From the IMG/VR virus record IMGVR_UViG_3300027971_000001: a DNA stretch of 64,000 nucleotides; one strand, 5' to 3'. The notes beneath the pieces are model-generated. The model was not told the DNA's origin, searched no databases, and saw only the letters and a program-made list of their open reading frames with translations. Origin of the DNA: a virus. Its lineage: Duplodnaviria; Caudoviricetes. This document shows, one piece after another, positions 1 to 9,148 of the stretch. The position numbers were made by a program, and so were the translations under genes. How positions within the stretch are numbered: the first letter of the stretch is position 1; each line of letters begins with the position of its first letter.

Positions 1-376
1 TTAAAAGCTGAATCTTGGCTGTTTCTCTTATTGAATTGGTGCAACAGCATATTTTCTTACCATCTTTTTTTATTTTAAATAAAATATCCTTTATGCGTTC
101 ATCTTCTTTGAAATTGTTTATAATTTCTGTTGTATATTTTTGCTTTAATTGCCATATTTTTTTATGCAGTTCGATTGGTAGATTCTTTTTCTCAGAAAGA
201 ATATTCAGCTTTTTAGTTGTGCTAAGACCATCATATGTGGAAAGATGCTCTTCTTTTGATATTATATATTTTGTATCAATCTGCTCCAAAGCTTTATTAA
301 GTGACAAAAAATGCAGTTCTCTTGAGTCCACAAGAACACCGTCCAGATCAAATATAACCAATTTGATTTGGCTCAT
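1..376 (-). CDS. HAD-superfamily phosphatase, 3'-truncated by the window edge (not in ORF track)
   Basis: Manual translation from ATG at 376: MSQIKLVIFDLDGVLVDSRELH...ICCCTNSIRET. HAD motif I (DxDGV) and motif II (TN); frame open to the edge; overlaps the stop of the upstream kinase. Confidence 0.85.
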   Translation of the reverse strand, partial: MSQIKLVIFDLDGVLVDSRELHFLSLNKALEQIDTKYIISKEEHLSTYDGLSTTKKLNILSEKKNLPIELHKKIWQLKQKYTTEIINNFKEDERIKDILFKIKKDGKKICCCTNSIRETAKIQLL

Positions 377-1110
377 AAATTAGGTGTTGTCACTCCCTGG
401 TGTTGGGCCACTTCTGAAGCACAAATATTTGCAAATTCTATGGATTTTTCAATATCATTTGATTTGATATATTCCACAACTAGTCCTGATAAGAACGTAT
501 CTCCGCATCCAGAGGTGTCTTTTACTTCGATTCTTTTTGTAGGATATACTTTTCCATTATAAACACAACCATCTCCTCCTTTTGTGCGTATGATTTTCTT
601 TTCCAACTCTGGAGTTATGGTTTCTTTGCTTCTTTCATATTCGTAATTGTTTATTTTTATAAATTTTGCTTTATTTGCCCATGAACCAAGTTTCTTTTTT
701 GTGTCAATAAAAACATTTGGATGCCAAAAGCATATGCTTTCAATATCACTTTCTTTTAAAAATCCCTTGTTGTAATCAGAAATAACAATCAACTTATAAT
801 CATATCGAAGTAAAGATGTATCTACTCTGTCAATGTTGTGGTCAGTATCAACTCGCATGAACATGTGATTAGTTTGTTCGTGTACATATCTTGTTTTAGT
901 AACATATGGCCAATTTGTATTTGTGATAATATCACAATCACCACCCAAAGACACAATATTTCTCTGGACATTTTTTGCCATTCCTTCATTTTCTTTTTGA
1001 TGAAGAACTTTTAACGCCGGAACAGGAATATCGGGACACAAACGAGTACAATCACAATAAACAAAAATGTCCCTACAACTTTCACCGATGATGAGAATAT
1101 CTTTGTTCAT
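373..1110 (-). CDS. PfkB/ribokinase-family sugar kinase, HldE(RfaE) kinase-like
   Basis: IIGESCRDIF N-terminus, ISDYNKG, and C-terminal DTSGCGDTF PfkB signature. Confidence 0.85.
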   Translation of the reverse strand: MNKDILIIGESCRDIFVYCDCTRLCPDIPVPALKVLHQKENEGMAKNVQRNIVSLGGDCDIITNTNWPYVTKTRYVHEQTNHMFMRVDTDHNIDRVDTSLLRYDYKLIVISDYNKGFLKESDIESICFWHPNVFIDTKKKLGSWANKAKFIKINNYEYERSKETITPELEKKIIRTKGGDGCVYNGKVYPTKRIEVKDTSGCGDTFLSGLVVEYIKSNDIEKSIEFANICASEVAQHQGVTTPNL

Positions 1111-1115
1111 TCATT

Positions 1116-2300
1116 TCAAAAACAGCTTTTCTTTTCCACAATCATGCTGGGACGGTTAGAATTCATAGCATTTTTATATGCAACTATGGCTTCTTTACCG
1201 TTTGTGGGCACATAAATGGGGAAATCTACCATGTTTCTGAATCCTTCGGTGAAATCCTGTGAATGTGTAGGACCAGAATAAAAAGGTCCAGAATCTGCAA
1301 CCACAGATCGAAGAATCACTGGAACTTGATATTCTCCATGGGAAATTCTTTCAATATGATTCACATGATTCACAATGGCATCGGCAGCTACCATCATGAA
1401 ATCATGCCGCTCATAATAGATAACAGGCTTGAATCCTTCAAATGACATGCCAATTCCAAGACCAGTCATAAGATTTTCTGCTACTGGAGTTTCAATCTTT
1501 TGTGATTTATCGACATTTTTTAATGTTCCCATGGCATCACCATTGGTCACATTGTATCCAATAAACACTGAATTCATTTTTCCAATTTCTGTCATCATTT
1601 GATTGATGGCATCTTTGAACTTGATGTCTTCTGTTATATCAACTGAAGGAAGAACTTCTTTTGGAAGGGGTGGAAAATAATCATCATGAGTCTTTGTTTT
1701 AGTCTTACCCAAATTAATCATATCTTCTGTTCTGGCATGGGGCCATGTAATATTATAATAATATTTTCTAACACAAGGAAAGAAGGTTGGATCAAGAGCT
1801 TTGCCCCAACGCTCTGTTTTATCTGTGTTTACAGAACGATTGTTATCTTCAACTACAAATGTACAAGGCAAATCAAAACCATGAACATAACGGGCTGCTT
1901 CAAAAAGATGACCGGAATCCTCGGTTCCATCCCCTACAAAACACCATACCTTCTGTTTGGATCCTTTTCTTTTAAGAGCCAAAGCAATTCCTGCTGCAAT
2001 TGCAGCAGTTCCACCGATAATTGCTGAAGTAAAGAAGTTACGCTTACGATCATAAATGAACATGCTCCTTCCATTTTTAATACGATCTTCCAACACATCT
2101 GCAGGAACTCCATGTAAAAGTGCATGATAATGATTTCGGTGAGTAGCCAATACATAATCACCTTCTTTGATTTCTTTGAAAATATCCAGCAATTGTTCCT
2201 CGTTTCCTCCTGACAAATGAAACAGGAAAGGAAGCTGAGAGTCTCTGTAAAGATCCGCTATGCGGTTTTCAAAATTTAATAAATCATCTTTTGTAAGCAT
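1116..2300 (-). CDS. Fused TPP-dependent dehydrogenase E1 alpha/beta-like (transketolase-family) enzyme
   Basis: THRNHYHAL, TPP-binding GDG-x(26-27)-NN, then beta-like TPVAENLMTGLGIGMS and GPTHSQ. Confidence 0.85.
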   Translation of the reverse strand: MLTKDDLLNFENRIADLYRDSQLPFLFHLSGGNEEQLLDIFKEIKEGDYVLATHRNHYHALLHGVPADVLEDRIKNGRSMFIYDRKRNFFTSAIIGGTAAIAAGIALALKRKGSKQKVWCFVGDGTEDSGHLFEAARYVHGFDLPCTFVVEDNNRSVNTDKTERWGKALDPTFFPCVRKYYYNITWPHARTEDMINLGKTKTKTHDDYFPPLPKEVLPSVDITEDIKFKDAINQMMTEIGKMNSVFIGYNVTNGDAMGTLKNVDKSQKIETPVAENLMTGLGIGMSFEGFKPVIYYERHDFMMVAADAIVNHVNHIERISHGEYQVPVILRSVVADSGPFYSGPTHSQDFTEGFRNMVDFPIYVPTNGKEAIVAYKNAMNSNRPSMIVEKKSCF

Positions 2301-2313
2301 AAAAACTATTTTA

Positions 2314-3315
2314 TCAGGGACAAATCATAATTCTACCGGCTTTTCCATTTTTTACCAAATCTATGGCTTTGTTAACATCGTCCAGACTGAAATGGTGTGT
2401 TATCATTTTTTCAAAATTAATCTTTCTTTTATTATATAAATTAACATATCGAGGAAAATCTTCACTGGGATTCACATTCCCGCCCTGTGTGGAACGAATA
2501 ATTTGACCATTTCCTGCAAAGAAATTGGTTGGGTTCTTTATTTCCAAATTATTGTGCTTGCTAGGTTGGCTAACAATTATGCATCTTCCTCTGTTGGATA
2601 GTAAAGGCAAATAGTGGGAAACTACATTCATGTTTCCTGTTGTGTCAACAATACAATCTATTTTTTCATGAATTTGGTTTGATCCTTCAACAAATCGGGC
2701 TCCTAGTTCTTCTACCATGTTTTGTTTTTCATTCGAAATGTCCACCCCATAAATGTTTCCGGAACCTGCTAAATTTGATGCCATAATGATATTAAGACCC
2801 ACACCCCCGCAACCAATTACAAGAACAGTCTCCCCAAACTTTATGTTGGCATCATAATTAACAATTCCAAGTGCGGTACTCAGTCCACATCCCAGTAAAG
2901 CACAAAATTCATCTGGAATATTCTGAGGAACCGGTGTAAGCCGATTTTCTGACACGATGCTTTTTTCACTCAATGTGGTTATTTTTCCACTACTGATCTT
3001 TCTTCCATCGTAAATGTATTCCGGAAAAGGGGATTCAATACCTTCTCCTTTTTTCCAATGCAATATAACTTTGTCTCCGACTTTTACCCGAGTAACCCCT
3101 TCTCCAACACATTCCACAATTCCACACCCTTCATGCCCCAAAAGATGCGGAACAAATTTGGCATTTCCTTTTTGTCCGGCAATTTCCTGAAGTTGAGCAC
3201 CACAAACCCCACTAACAATTATTTTTACAGCGACCTGACCAAATTTGATTTCAGTAAGGGCAACATCCGCCACCACCAGCGGATGGTCAATTTTTTCCAA
3301 TATAGCCGCTTTCAT
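2314..3315 (-). CDS. Zn-dependent medium-chain alcohol dehydrogenase
   Basis: GVCGAQL, LLGHEGCG, LLGCGLST and GCGGVG Rossmann motif. Confidence 0.9.
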   Translation of the reverse strand: MKAAILEKIDHPLVVADVALTEIKFGQVAVKIIVSGVCGAQLQEIAGQKGNAKFVPHLLGHEGCGIVECVGEGVTRVKVGDKVILHWKKGEGIESPFPEYIYDGRKISSGKITTLSEKSIVSENRLTPVPQNIPDEFCALLGCGLSTALGIVNYDANIKFGETVLVIGCGGVGLNIIMASNLAGSGNIYGVDISNEKQNMVEELGARFVEGSNQIHEKIDCIVDTTGNMNVVSHYLPLLSNRGRCIIVSQPSKHNNLEIKNPTNFFAGNGQIIRSTQGGNVNPSEDFPRYVNLYNKRKINFEKMITHHFSLDDVNKAIDLVKNGKAGRIMICP

Positions 3316-4037
3316 TTCTTTTTGCCTATATAAATTAATGTTGCATAATGTGCTTTTTCTTCCCCGGCATATCTAATTCTTCCTTCCTGACGACTTAAAA
3401 CTTTTTCTGAGATAATTTCATATTTTGATAAAAAAGGTTTAATATCGTTATAATCAAACCGAATAGGATGCATCATTCCATTTGGATCATCTTTAGGTGT
3501 TCCTTCAAAATCTTCCTGATTCGTAAGATCATTACCCAAAATAAGAACTCCACCCTTTTTAAGATTATTATATATTGATTCCATGCATTTGGGCATGCTA
3601 TAAACATGATCCAATACATTAATACAAACAATCATATCCACTGGTTCTTTTAAAATCCATTCTTCAAGAGGCTTGGAACTGAGCTTTGCTTGCACTTCCA
3701 TGGCAAAATTAGAAACAGGTCGTCCCATGTTTACATATTCTTTCAACAAAGGATCACTTAAAAAATATTTGGTTGGTTTTGTTTGTAATGCTTGAATCAC
3801 ATATTGTATGTTTTTTGCAATTGGACCACAACCAACTTCAGCAATTGAATCAATTTTTTCATTTGCAATTGCAGAAAAATGATCAAATTTCATTTTCCAC
3901 CACATGTTCCAATCATCGTCAATATTATTGGCTTCCCATAATTTAAGTTCCATTTTCTGGGATTCATTTGCCCAAGCTTCTTTGGGTATTTCCTGATATC
4001 TTTCAGTTATATTCATTTTGCATATAACATTCCCCAT
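3312..4037 (-). CDS. Class I SAM-dependent methyltransferase
   Basis: AEVGCGP motif I; CINVLDHV; LKKGGVL. Confidence 0.75.
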   Translation of the reverse strand: MGNVICKMNITERYQEIPKEAWANESQKMELKLWEANNIDDDWNMWWKMKFDHFSAIANEKIDSIAEVGCGPIAKNIQYVIQALQTKPTKYFLSDPLLKEYVNMGRPVSNFAMEVQAKLSSKPLEEWILKEPVDMIVCINVLDHVYSMPKCMESIYNNLKKGGVLILGNDLTNQEDFEGTPKDDPNGMMHPIRFDYNDIKPFLSKYEIISEKVLSRQEGRIRYAGEEKAHYATLIYIGKKK

Positions 4038-4672
4038 CGCTTTTTACGCTCTGGTTCAATGTCCTCATCTTTTATAAGATCATTCCAGGTTTTATATTCT
4101 AAAGCCGGATTGAATTCTTGTATTGTTTCGTTTGTTCCTTCCCAATGACTGTCATTGGAAAACATGTTATAGCCAAGTTTTCTTAATATTTCAACACATT
4201 TTAATGTATCTTGGAAAAATTCCTCACACCATTCCAAAAGAACTGTTCCGCATTTTTGTGATAATCCACTCAACGCAATAGATTCGGCACCTTCAATATC
4301 CAATTTTATAATATCCGGAACACCATAAACACTTATCATTTTGTCCAAAGTTGTGGATCTTACTTTTATTTCCCGTTTTGTTTGCTGAAAATAATGATTA
4401 TGCCGTATTTTTTCAATCCAATTTGGGTTTATTGAATTGATGCCTGGATTGCAATCACATATGAAAAGGGATACATCTTGTTTGTAAACATCTGAAACAA
4501 CACCATGCACATACTCAACATTAGGCAGAGGATTTCTATCAAACATTTCTTTGTAAGTAGGATGACCATCCACACCTATGATTTTTGCATTTGGATATAT
4601 TCCTAGTATGCACCGGGAAAAATTGCCCACATTATATCCAATATCAAAAACAAGAGGAGGTTTATCGCTCAT
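4013..4672 (-). CDS. FkbM-family methyltransferase
   Basis: VFDIGYNVG, TTLD, IIKLDIEGAE. Confidence 0.85.
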   Translation of the reverse strand: MSDKPPLVFDIGYNVGNFSRCILGIYPNAKIIGVDGHPTYKEMFDRNPLPNVEYVHGVVSDVYKQDVSLFICDCNPGINSINPNWIEKIRHNHYFQQTKREIKVRSTTLDKMISVYGVPDIIKLDIEGAESIALSGLSQKCGTVLLEWCEEFFQDTLKCVEILRKLGYNMFSNDSHWEGTNETIQEFNPALEYKTWNDLIKDEDIEPERKKRWGMLYAK

Positions 4673-5354
4673 AAATATGCCAATTTAATTTGTTTGTTGG
4701 ATATTCCCATGGTTCTATAGGTTTTGTATATCTATGCATATACAAAGGTTTATCCAGTGTTTTAAAAACCAAATCAACCATGAACATGACACAAGATTCT
4801 ATAACATGAACTTCTTTTGCATTCTCAATTATTTTACAATAATCAAATATATTGTTTGTATATTCAGGTTTGACCCTGAATATTTTTAAATTTTTGTCAG
4901 CTATTTTGGTTGTATCAACTATTTGATTTCTTGCAATATCATCATGAATAAAAACATATTCATTTGGTTCAAACCCGAAACTTGAATATAATTTATTTTC
5001 CCGTTCATGATCTCTTTCCACATGAAAGCTTTCCCATTTCTTGTTAAAATCCACTCCTGCTTGAGCATAAAAGCTTTTTTCAACAGTGTCCGCTCCTCCC
5101 ATTCCCAATTTATAAAAATTCTTTATTCCATGCAGATTTACAAAATATTGTGCTCCGCTTTCTTCAATCGGGAAAACTTTAAGATTGGGTAGATCCCGAT
5201 ACATGAATTCGATATTATAATAATATTTCAACTTGCTATACACATACAATTTGGGATGACGCTTGTATAGTTCTCTGACAAGACCATTGCATGTGACTTG
5301 ATCTCCTAATCCCAAATGAGTTAAAACATGACCTTCCTCGGACTTTATGATCAT
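4662..5354 (-). CDS. Glycosyltransferase-like protein (HLGLGD type)
   Basis: N-terminal HLGLGDQV resembling GT9-like starts; C-terminal IIENAKEVHVIES; cluster context. Confidence 0.5.
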   Translation of the reverse strand: MIIKSEEGHVLTHLGLGDQVTCNGLVRELYKRHPKLYVYSKLKYYYNIEFMYRDLPNLKVFPIEESGAQYFVNLHGIKNFYKLGMGGADTVEKSFYAQAGVDFNKKWESFHVERDHERENKLYSSFGFEPNEYVFIHDDIARNQIVDTTKIADKNLKIFRVKPEYTNNIFDYCKIIENAKEVHVIESCVMFMVDLVFKTLDKPLYMHRYTKPIEPWEYPTNKLNWHIYER

Positions 5355-6199
5355 AGAGTTTGTACGTATTTTATAAGACTCTTGGCCCTGTTTTTGAAAG
5401 TATGTTTCTTTCGAACAAATTCTTCTCCCTTAATACCAACATCCTTGGCAACCAATGGATTGGCTTTGAGATAATTTATCTTTTCAATTGCTTCATCCAA
5501 GCTTTTGTATGAGAAAAAGGTTTCTCCTTCTTTGAATCCCAGATCATTATATTGATCGTCATAACTGGTAAGAAGACATGTTCCACATCCGGCGGTTTCA
5601 AAGCTTCGATAATTTATATCATTAAAAATGTTTTTATTAAACAAAACCATATATGAATTGATGGCCCGAATCATATGGATTCCTCGCACATCAATATCCA
5701 TTTTGAATTCAGGGAAACGATTCTGGATTGCATCAAACAATGGCTTTCGGTTGCAATAGTTTCCACAAAATCCCAAAAATGTGTTTTTTTCTATTTCTTT
5801 TATAGGTGTTATGAAATCTGAATCATAACAGTTTGGAAACCATACACTGTTTTCGTCAATAAAATATCTTGTTGCTTCCAGTATTTTTCTATATTTTCCT
5901 TTATTAAAAATGTTTAGATAATATTGTTTGCCCTGACAATGACTGTCGATTGCCCAAAGAAGCTTGATAGGTTTGTTATATTCTGAAAGATCAGGAACCC
6001 ATCCCACATCATAATTTTCTAAATTTATAATCACATCATATGAATTATAGTCTGGTTTCTTTTCAAAATTATCATGACCCAAACCCCAAACATCACATTC
6101 TTCCCCATGAAACCAAAGTGCACGTTGAAGACTGTTACATTCCCGTAAATGCTTGCTAACGATATGTCTTCCGTTTTCCTGTATGATCAAGAATTTCAT
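5351..6199 (-). CDS. Glycosyltransferase, CgeB/YkvP-like GT-B fold
   Basis: GFCGN..NR, INYRSFETAGCGTCLLT, and C-terminal HTFKNRAK typical of this family. Confidence 0.8.
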   Translation of the reverse strand: MKFLIIQENGRHIVSKHLRECNSLQRALWFHGEECDVWGLGHDNFEKKPDYNSYDVIINLENYDVGWVPDLSEYNKPIKLLWAIDSHCQGKQYYLNIFNKGKYRKILEATRYFIDENSVWFPNCYDSDFITPIKEIEKNTFLGFCGNYCNRKPLFDAIQNRFPEFKMDIDVRGIHMIRAINSYMVLFNKNIFNDINYRSFETAGCGTCLLTSYDDQYNDLGFKEGETFFSYKSLDEAIEKINYLKANPLVAKDVGIKGEEFVRKKHTFKNRAKSLIKYVQTL

Positions 6200-6939
6200 A
6201 TGTAATACTTCCTCCGGTGGTGAAAAAACAATTGTTTATAGGGTGAATTTTGTTTGATTTTATGATTGCCCCATTGAGATGGATCCCGTTGAATGGTTAT
6301 TTTATATCTTATTGAAAGCAAGGACAGAATGGATTGGTCATGACGATGATCTTGAAAGTCTTTATTAAAATTTTCAGTTATATTTGGAGCATCCGAGATT
6401 ATATTATAATTCTGACAAACATCAAGATAACAATCAAAGAACTTTTTGCTAAAATCAGTTTTACGAAAAACAATATAAGATGCATTTACCTGATTGCCAT
6501 ACAGATATTCATCTGTCTTTAATCCCATGATATTAAAACAATCAGATTTTGTCCATTGATTATTTTTCCAAACATTACCATTTGGTTCACCATCTGTGTT
6601 TTCAAATAAAATAATTCCTTTTTCATCTTTTTTGCACAAATCATACAAAGGAGACAGGTCACCAATCACTTCATTTCCTGAATCAACATACATAAAAACA
6701 TCATCATCAGATGCTTTATCCAAGAACTTTTTTATAAAATAACCTTTCCAAACCCAATAACCAAATCCCCTCTTTTCATTGAAATGCCGAATATTCTTTT
6801 TATAAAATTCAGATTCAATATCTGGTTCTTTCAAAATATGAATCTGATTCACATTTGCATGCTCTTCAGCACTGGCTTTTAAAGCATCTAAAGTTGGATA
6901 ATATTTCCAGTTTCCGAAACTAAACAACGCTTTTTTCAT
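6196..6939 (-). CDS. Glycosyltransferase-like protein
   Basis: GFGYWVWK, FMYVDSG (DxD-like), HRHDQSILSLL; GT-A-like pattern. Confidence 0.6.
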   Translation of the reverse strand: MKKALFSFGNWKYYPTLDALKASAEEHANVNQIHILKEPDIESEFYKKNIRHFNEKRGFGYWVWKGYFIKKFLDKASDDDVFMYVDSGNEVIGDLSPLYDLCKKDEKGIILFENTDGEPNGNVWKNNQWTKSDCFNIMGLKTDEYLYGNQVNASYIVFRKTDFSKKFFDCYLDVCQNYNIISDAPNITENFNKDFQDHRHDQSILSLLSIRYKITIQRDPSQWGNHKIKQNSPYKQLFFHHRRKYYI

Positions 6940-7676
6940 TGAATCTTACTTAAATCAGCTTTGATTCCCAGTATCTGTTCCCATTTTTTGGCTTCTTCGA
7001 TACGAGCATCTCTCAGCTTGGGCCAAATAAGATCGGAATGTTCTTTGTTTTCACCTTCATGTTTACGCATATCGTCGGCCACCTTGTCATATTTGCTGGT
7101 TCCAAACACCCAATGATTATGTGTGATGGTGATATCTGAACGATAAACCTTTCGCCCAAATGCCGTATACATGTTGTCCAGCCATTGATCAATCCAATTA
7201 CGACTAAATTCTTTTCGCATGAAATAACCAGTTACTTCCATGTAACGACGATGAATAAACAACCATGCAGCAAATTGATCATTGCGATGGCCATCATATC
7301 CGCAAACAAGCTTGAACTTGTCCGGGCATTTTTCAGCAGAGAACTCTTCCAGGATTTTCTCATCCCAACCATCTGTGCTGAATACCATGTCATCTCCAAG
7401 CATGCTGATAATTTCTTCGGTACTGTTTTCTGCTAATGTGTTCCAAAGATAACCAAGGCTGAATTTTCCTTCAGGATTGGGAGGAATCACAACGATTTTC
7501 AAATTGCTTATTGCTTTTGCCATTTTTTGACAACGTTCCAATGTAGGATCATCTTTGTCTATTCCCATGTAAAGTGTGTAGTTATCTGGATTCTTGCATC
7601 GAGACAATGCACTCATCATGAAACTGATTTTATTGTTTAATCGTTCCCGTGTTGGAAGTAATAATGCTATTTTCAT
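6936..7676 (-). CDS. GT2-family glycosyltransferase
   Basis: LLLPTRER, IDKDD, MLGDDM, conserved His (HNHW). Confidence 0.7.
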   Translation of the reverse strand: MKIALLLPTRERLNNKISFMMSALSRCKNPDNYTLYMGIDKDDPTLERCQKMAKAISNLKIVVIPPNPEGKFSLGYLWNTLAENSTEEIISMLGDDMVFSTDGWDEKILEEFSAEKCPDKFKLVCGYDGHRNDQFAAWLFIHRRYMEVTGYFMRKEFSRNWIDQWLDNMYTAFGRKVYRSDITITHNHWVFGTSKYDKVADDMRKHEGENKEHSDLIWPKLRDARIEEAKKWEQILGIKADLSKIQ

Positions 7677-8473
7677 GCTTTACCCTCCTTTTTGATTTTC
7701 TTCATAATCTGTAGAACCTTTTCTTTTGAAGAATCTGGTACGCAATTTTGCCATGCCGGATTATAACCATGCTTTTTATAAAATAAAGAGCATCCTTTCT
7801 GAATATTTTCTCGCCAATCATTACGAGGACGAATGGAACTGCTGTGTTCAGAACACATTAGTTCATCAATATAATCCATGCTATTGGCCAGATCAGGCCA
7901 GTTCCAATAAGGAGTTGTATATCCTGCAAGGGCTATGCGATAACTGTGTTCCACATGCTCAAAAGCATTTAGAAAATCCTCATCAAACAATCCAATCTTT
8001 TCAAGAACCTCCCTTGTATAATAACAAAAACTACCCACACAGCCCTGAACTATGGCAATTCTTGTATTTTCTGGATATTCCACAATAAACCGGGGACAGG
8101 CAGGACCGCCAGAAACTCCATTTTTGTTGGCAGGACCATGATAAGCAAACATAAAATGCTGAATTCCTGTAATATCTCTTGCCTGTATATAAGCATCAAA
8201 AACTTCAGGTTTTTTGATCAACATGTCATCTTCAACTATAAAAATGTGTTCACACCCCTTTTCCAAAAGCTTTTTAAATAATATATTTTTACATTTTCCT
8301 ACCCCTAAATTTGTTTTATTTTGTATAAAAGTGTGGTTTTGGCGTTCCGGAACCTGAAATTGCTTTCCATCATTGACAGTAACAGTATAAATCTCTTCAG
8401 GAATGCTGTTTAAGCATTTATTGTAAAAATCTGGTCGATTGCAAGTAACTATGCCAATTCCAATATTTTTCAC
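7673..8473 (-). CDS. GT2-family glycosyltransferase
   Basis: IVTCNRPD, VNDG, NLGVGKCKN, IVEDD, GLFDEDF, EHVE. Confidence 0.85.
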   Translation of the reverse strand: MKNIGIGIVTCNRPDFYNKCLNSIPEEIYTVTVNDGKQFQVPERQNHTFIQNKTNLGVGKCKNILFKKLLEKGCEHIFIVEDDMLIKKPEVFDAYIQARDITGIQHFMFAYHGPANKNGVSGGPACPRFIVEYPENTRIAIVQGCVGSFCYYTREVLEKIGLFDEDFLNAFEHVEHSYRIALAGYTTPYWNWPDLANSMDYIDELMCSEHSSSIRPRNDWRENIQKGCSLFYKKHGYNPAWQNCVPDSSKEKVLQIMKKIKKEGKA

Positions 8474-8506
8474 TTGTATTGATTTACTTTAAAATAAATA
8501 ATATCA

Positions 8507-9148
8507 ATGGCCGATCCTAATGTAATTAATATCAAAACATTGCCTCGTGTAGAAGAAGTTGTTAATGGCAATCTTTTGATAGTTGAAACTGAACAAGGCA
8601 CAAACACAATTGATTTTTCTAATTTTGTTGTTGGTCCAAATAATGTTAGTTTTTACACACAAATAACAAATCTTTCTGCACAAAACATTTCGCTCAGTGC
8701 AAGCACAACAACTCAAATTGCTAATCTTTCCACCACAACAAACCAACAAATCACAGCTTTAAACACCCGGATAGATTCGCTTTCAGCAACTGTTTCAAAT
8801 GCCGTATCATCTGTTTTCTATGCAGCAAGTGCAATATTCATAGGTTATGGGTCAACTGCCAGCAATTTGATCACAATAACAAAACCAACCAATTTTAACC
8901 TGCAGGCAAATGATTTTGTGCTAACTCTTGCAACAAGTGCGCAACCTGCTCCTTTGGGTGGTTCGCCTAATTTTCCAACCGGAGCATCTGGATTTGATCT
9001 TATCAGTGCTTTCCCGTTACCGTTTGTTCGGGACCAGGATGTGGCGAATGTGGGAAATACTTGTCAGTTCACAATTCGTTTGACACATACACCCAAAATA
9101 AGTGCAGTGGGTGTGCGATATCTTATTAGTCGTCCTTACGGAATCTGA
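8507..9148 (+). CDS. Putative virion structural protein (fibre/baseplate accessory)
   Basis: S/T/N-rich heptad segment followed by a beta-rich end; TAAATA 6 nt upstream. Confidence 0.5.
   Translation: MADPNVINIKTLPRVEEVVNGNLLIVETEQGTNTIDFSNFVVGPNNVSFYTQITNLSAQNISLSASTTTQIANLSTTTNQQITALNTRIDSLSATVSNAVSSVFYAASAIFIGYGSTASNLITITKPTNFNLQANDFVLTLATSAQPAPLGGSPNFPTGASGFDLISAFPLPFVRDQDVANVGNTCQFTIRLTHTPKISAVGVRYLISRPYGI

Noticed and set aside
1116-2300. Pyruvate dehydrogenase as a central-metabolism auxiliary gene
   Set aside because: No E2/E3 partners, a truncated beta part, and a glycan-cluster context.
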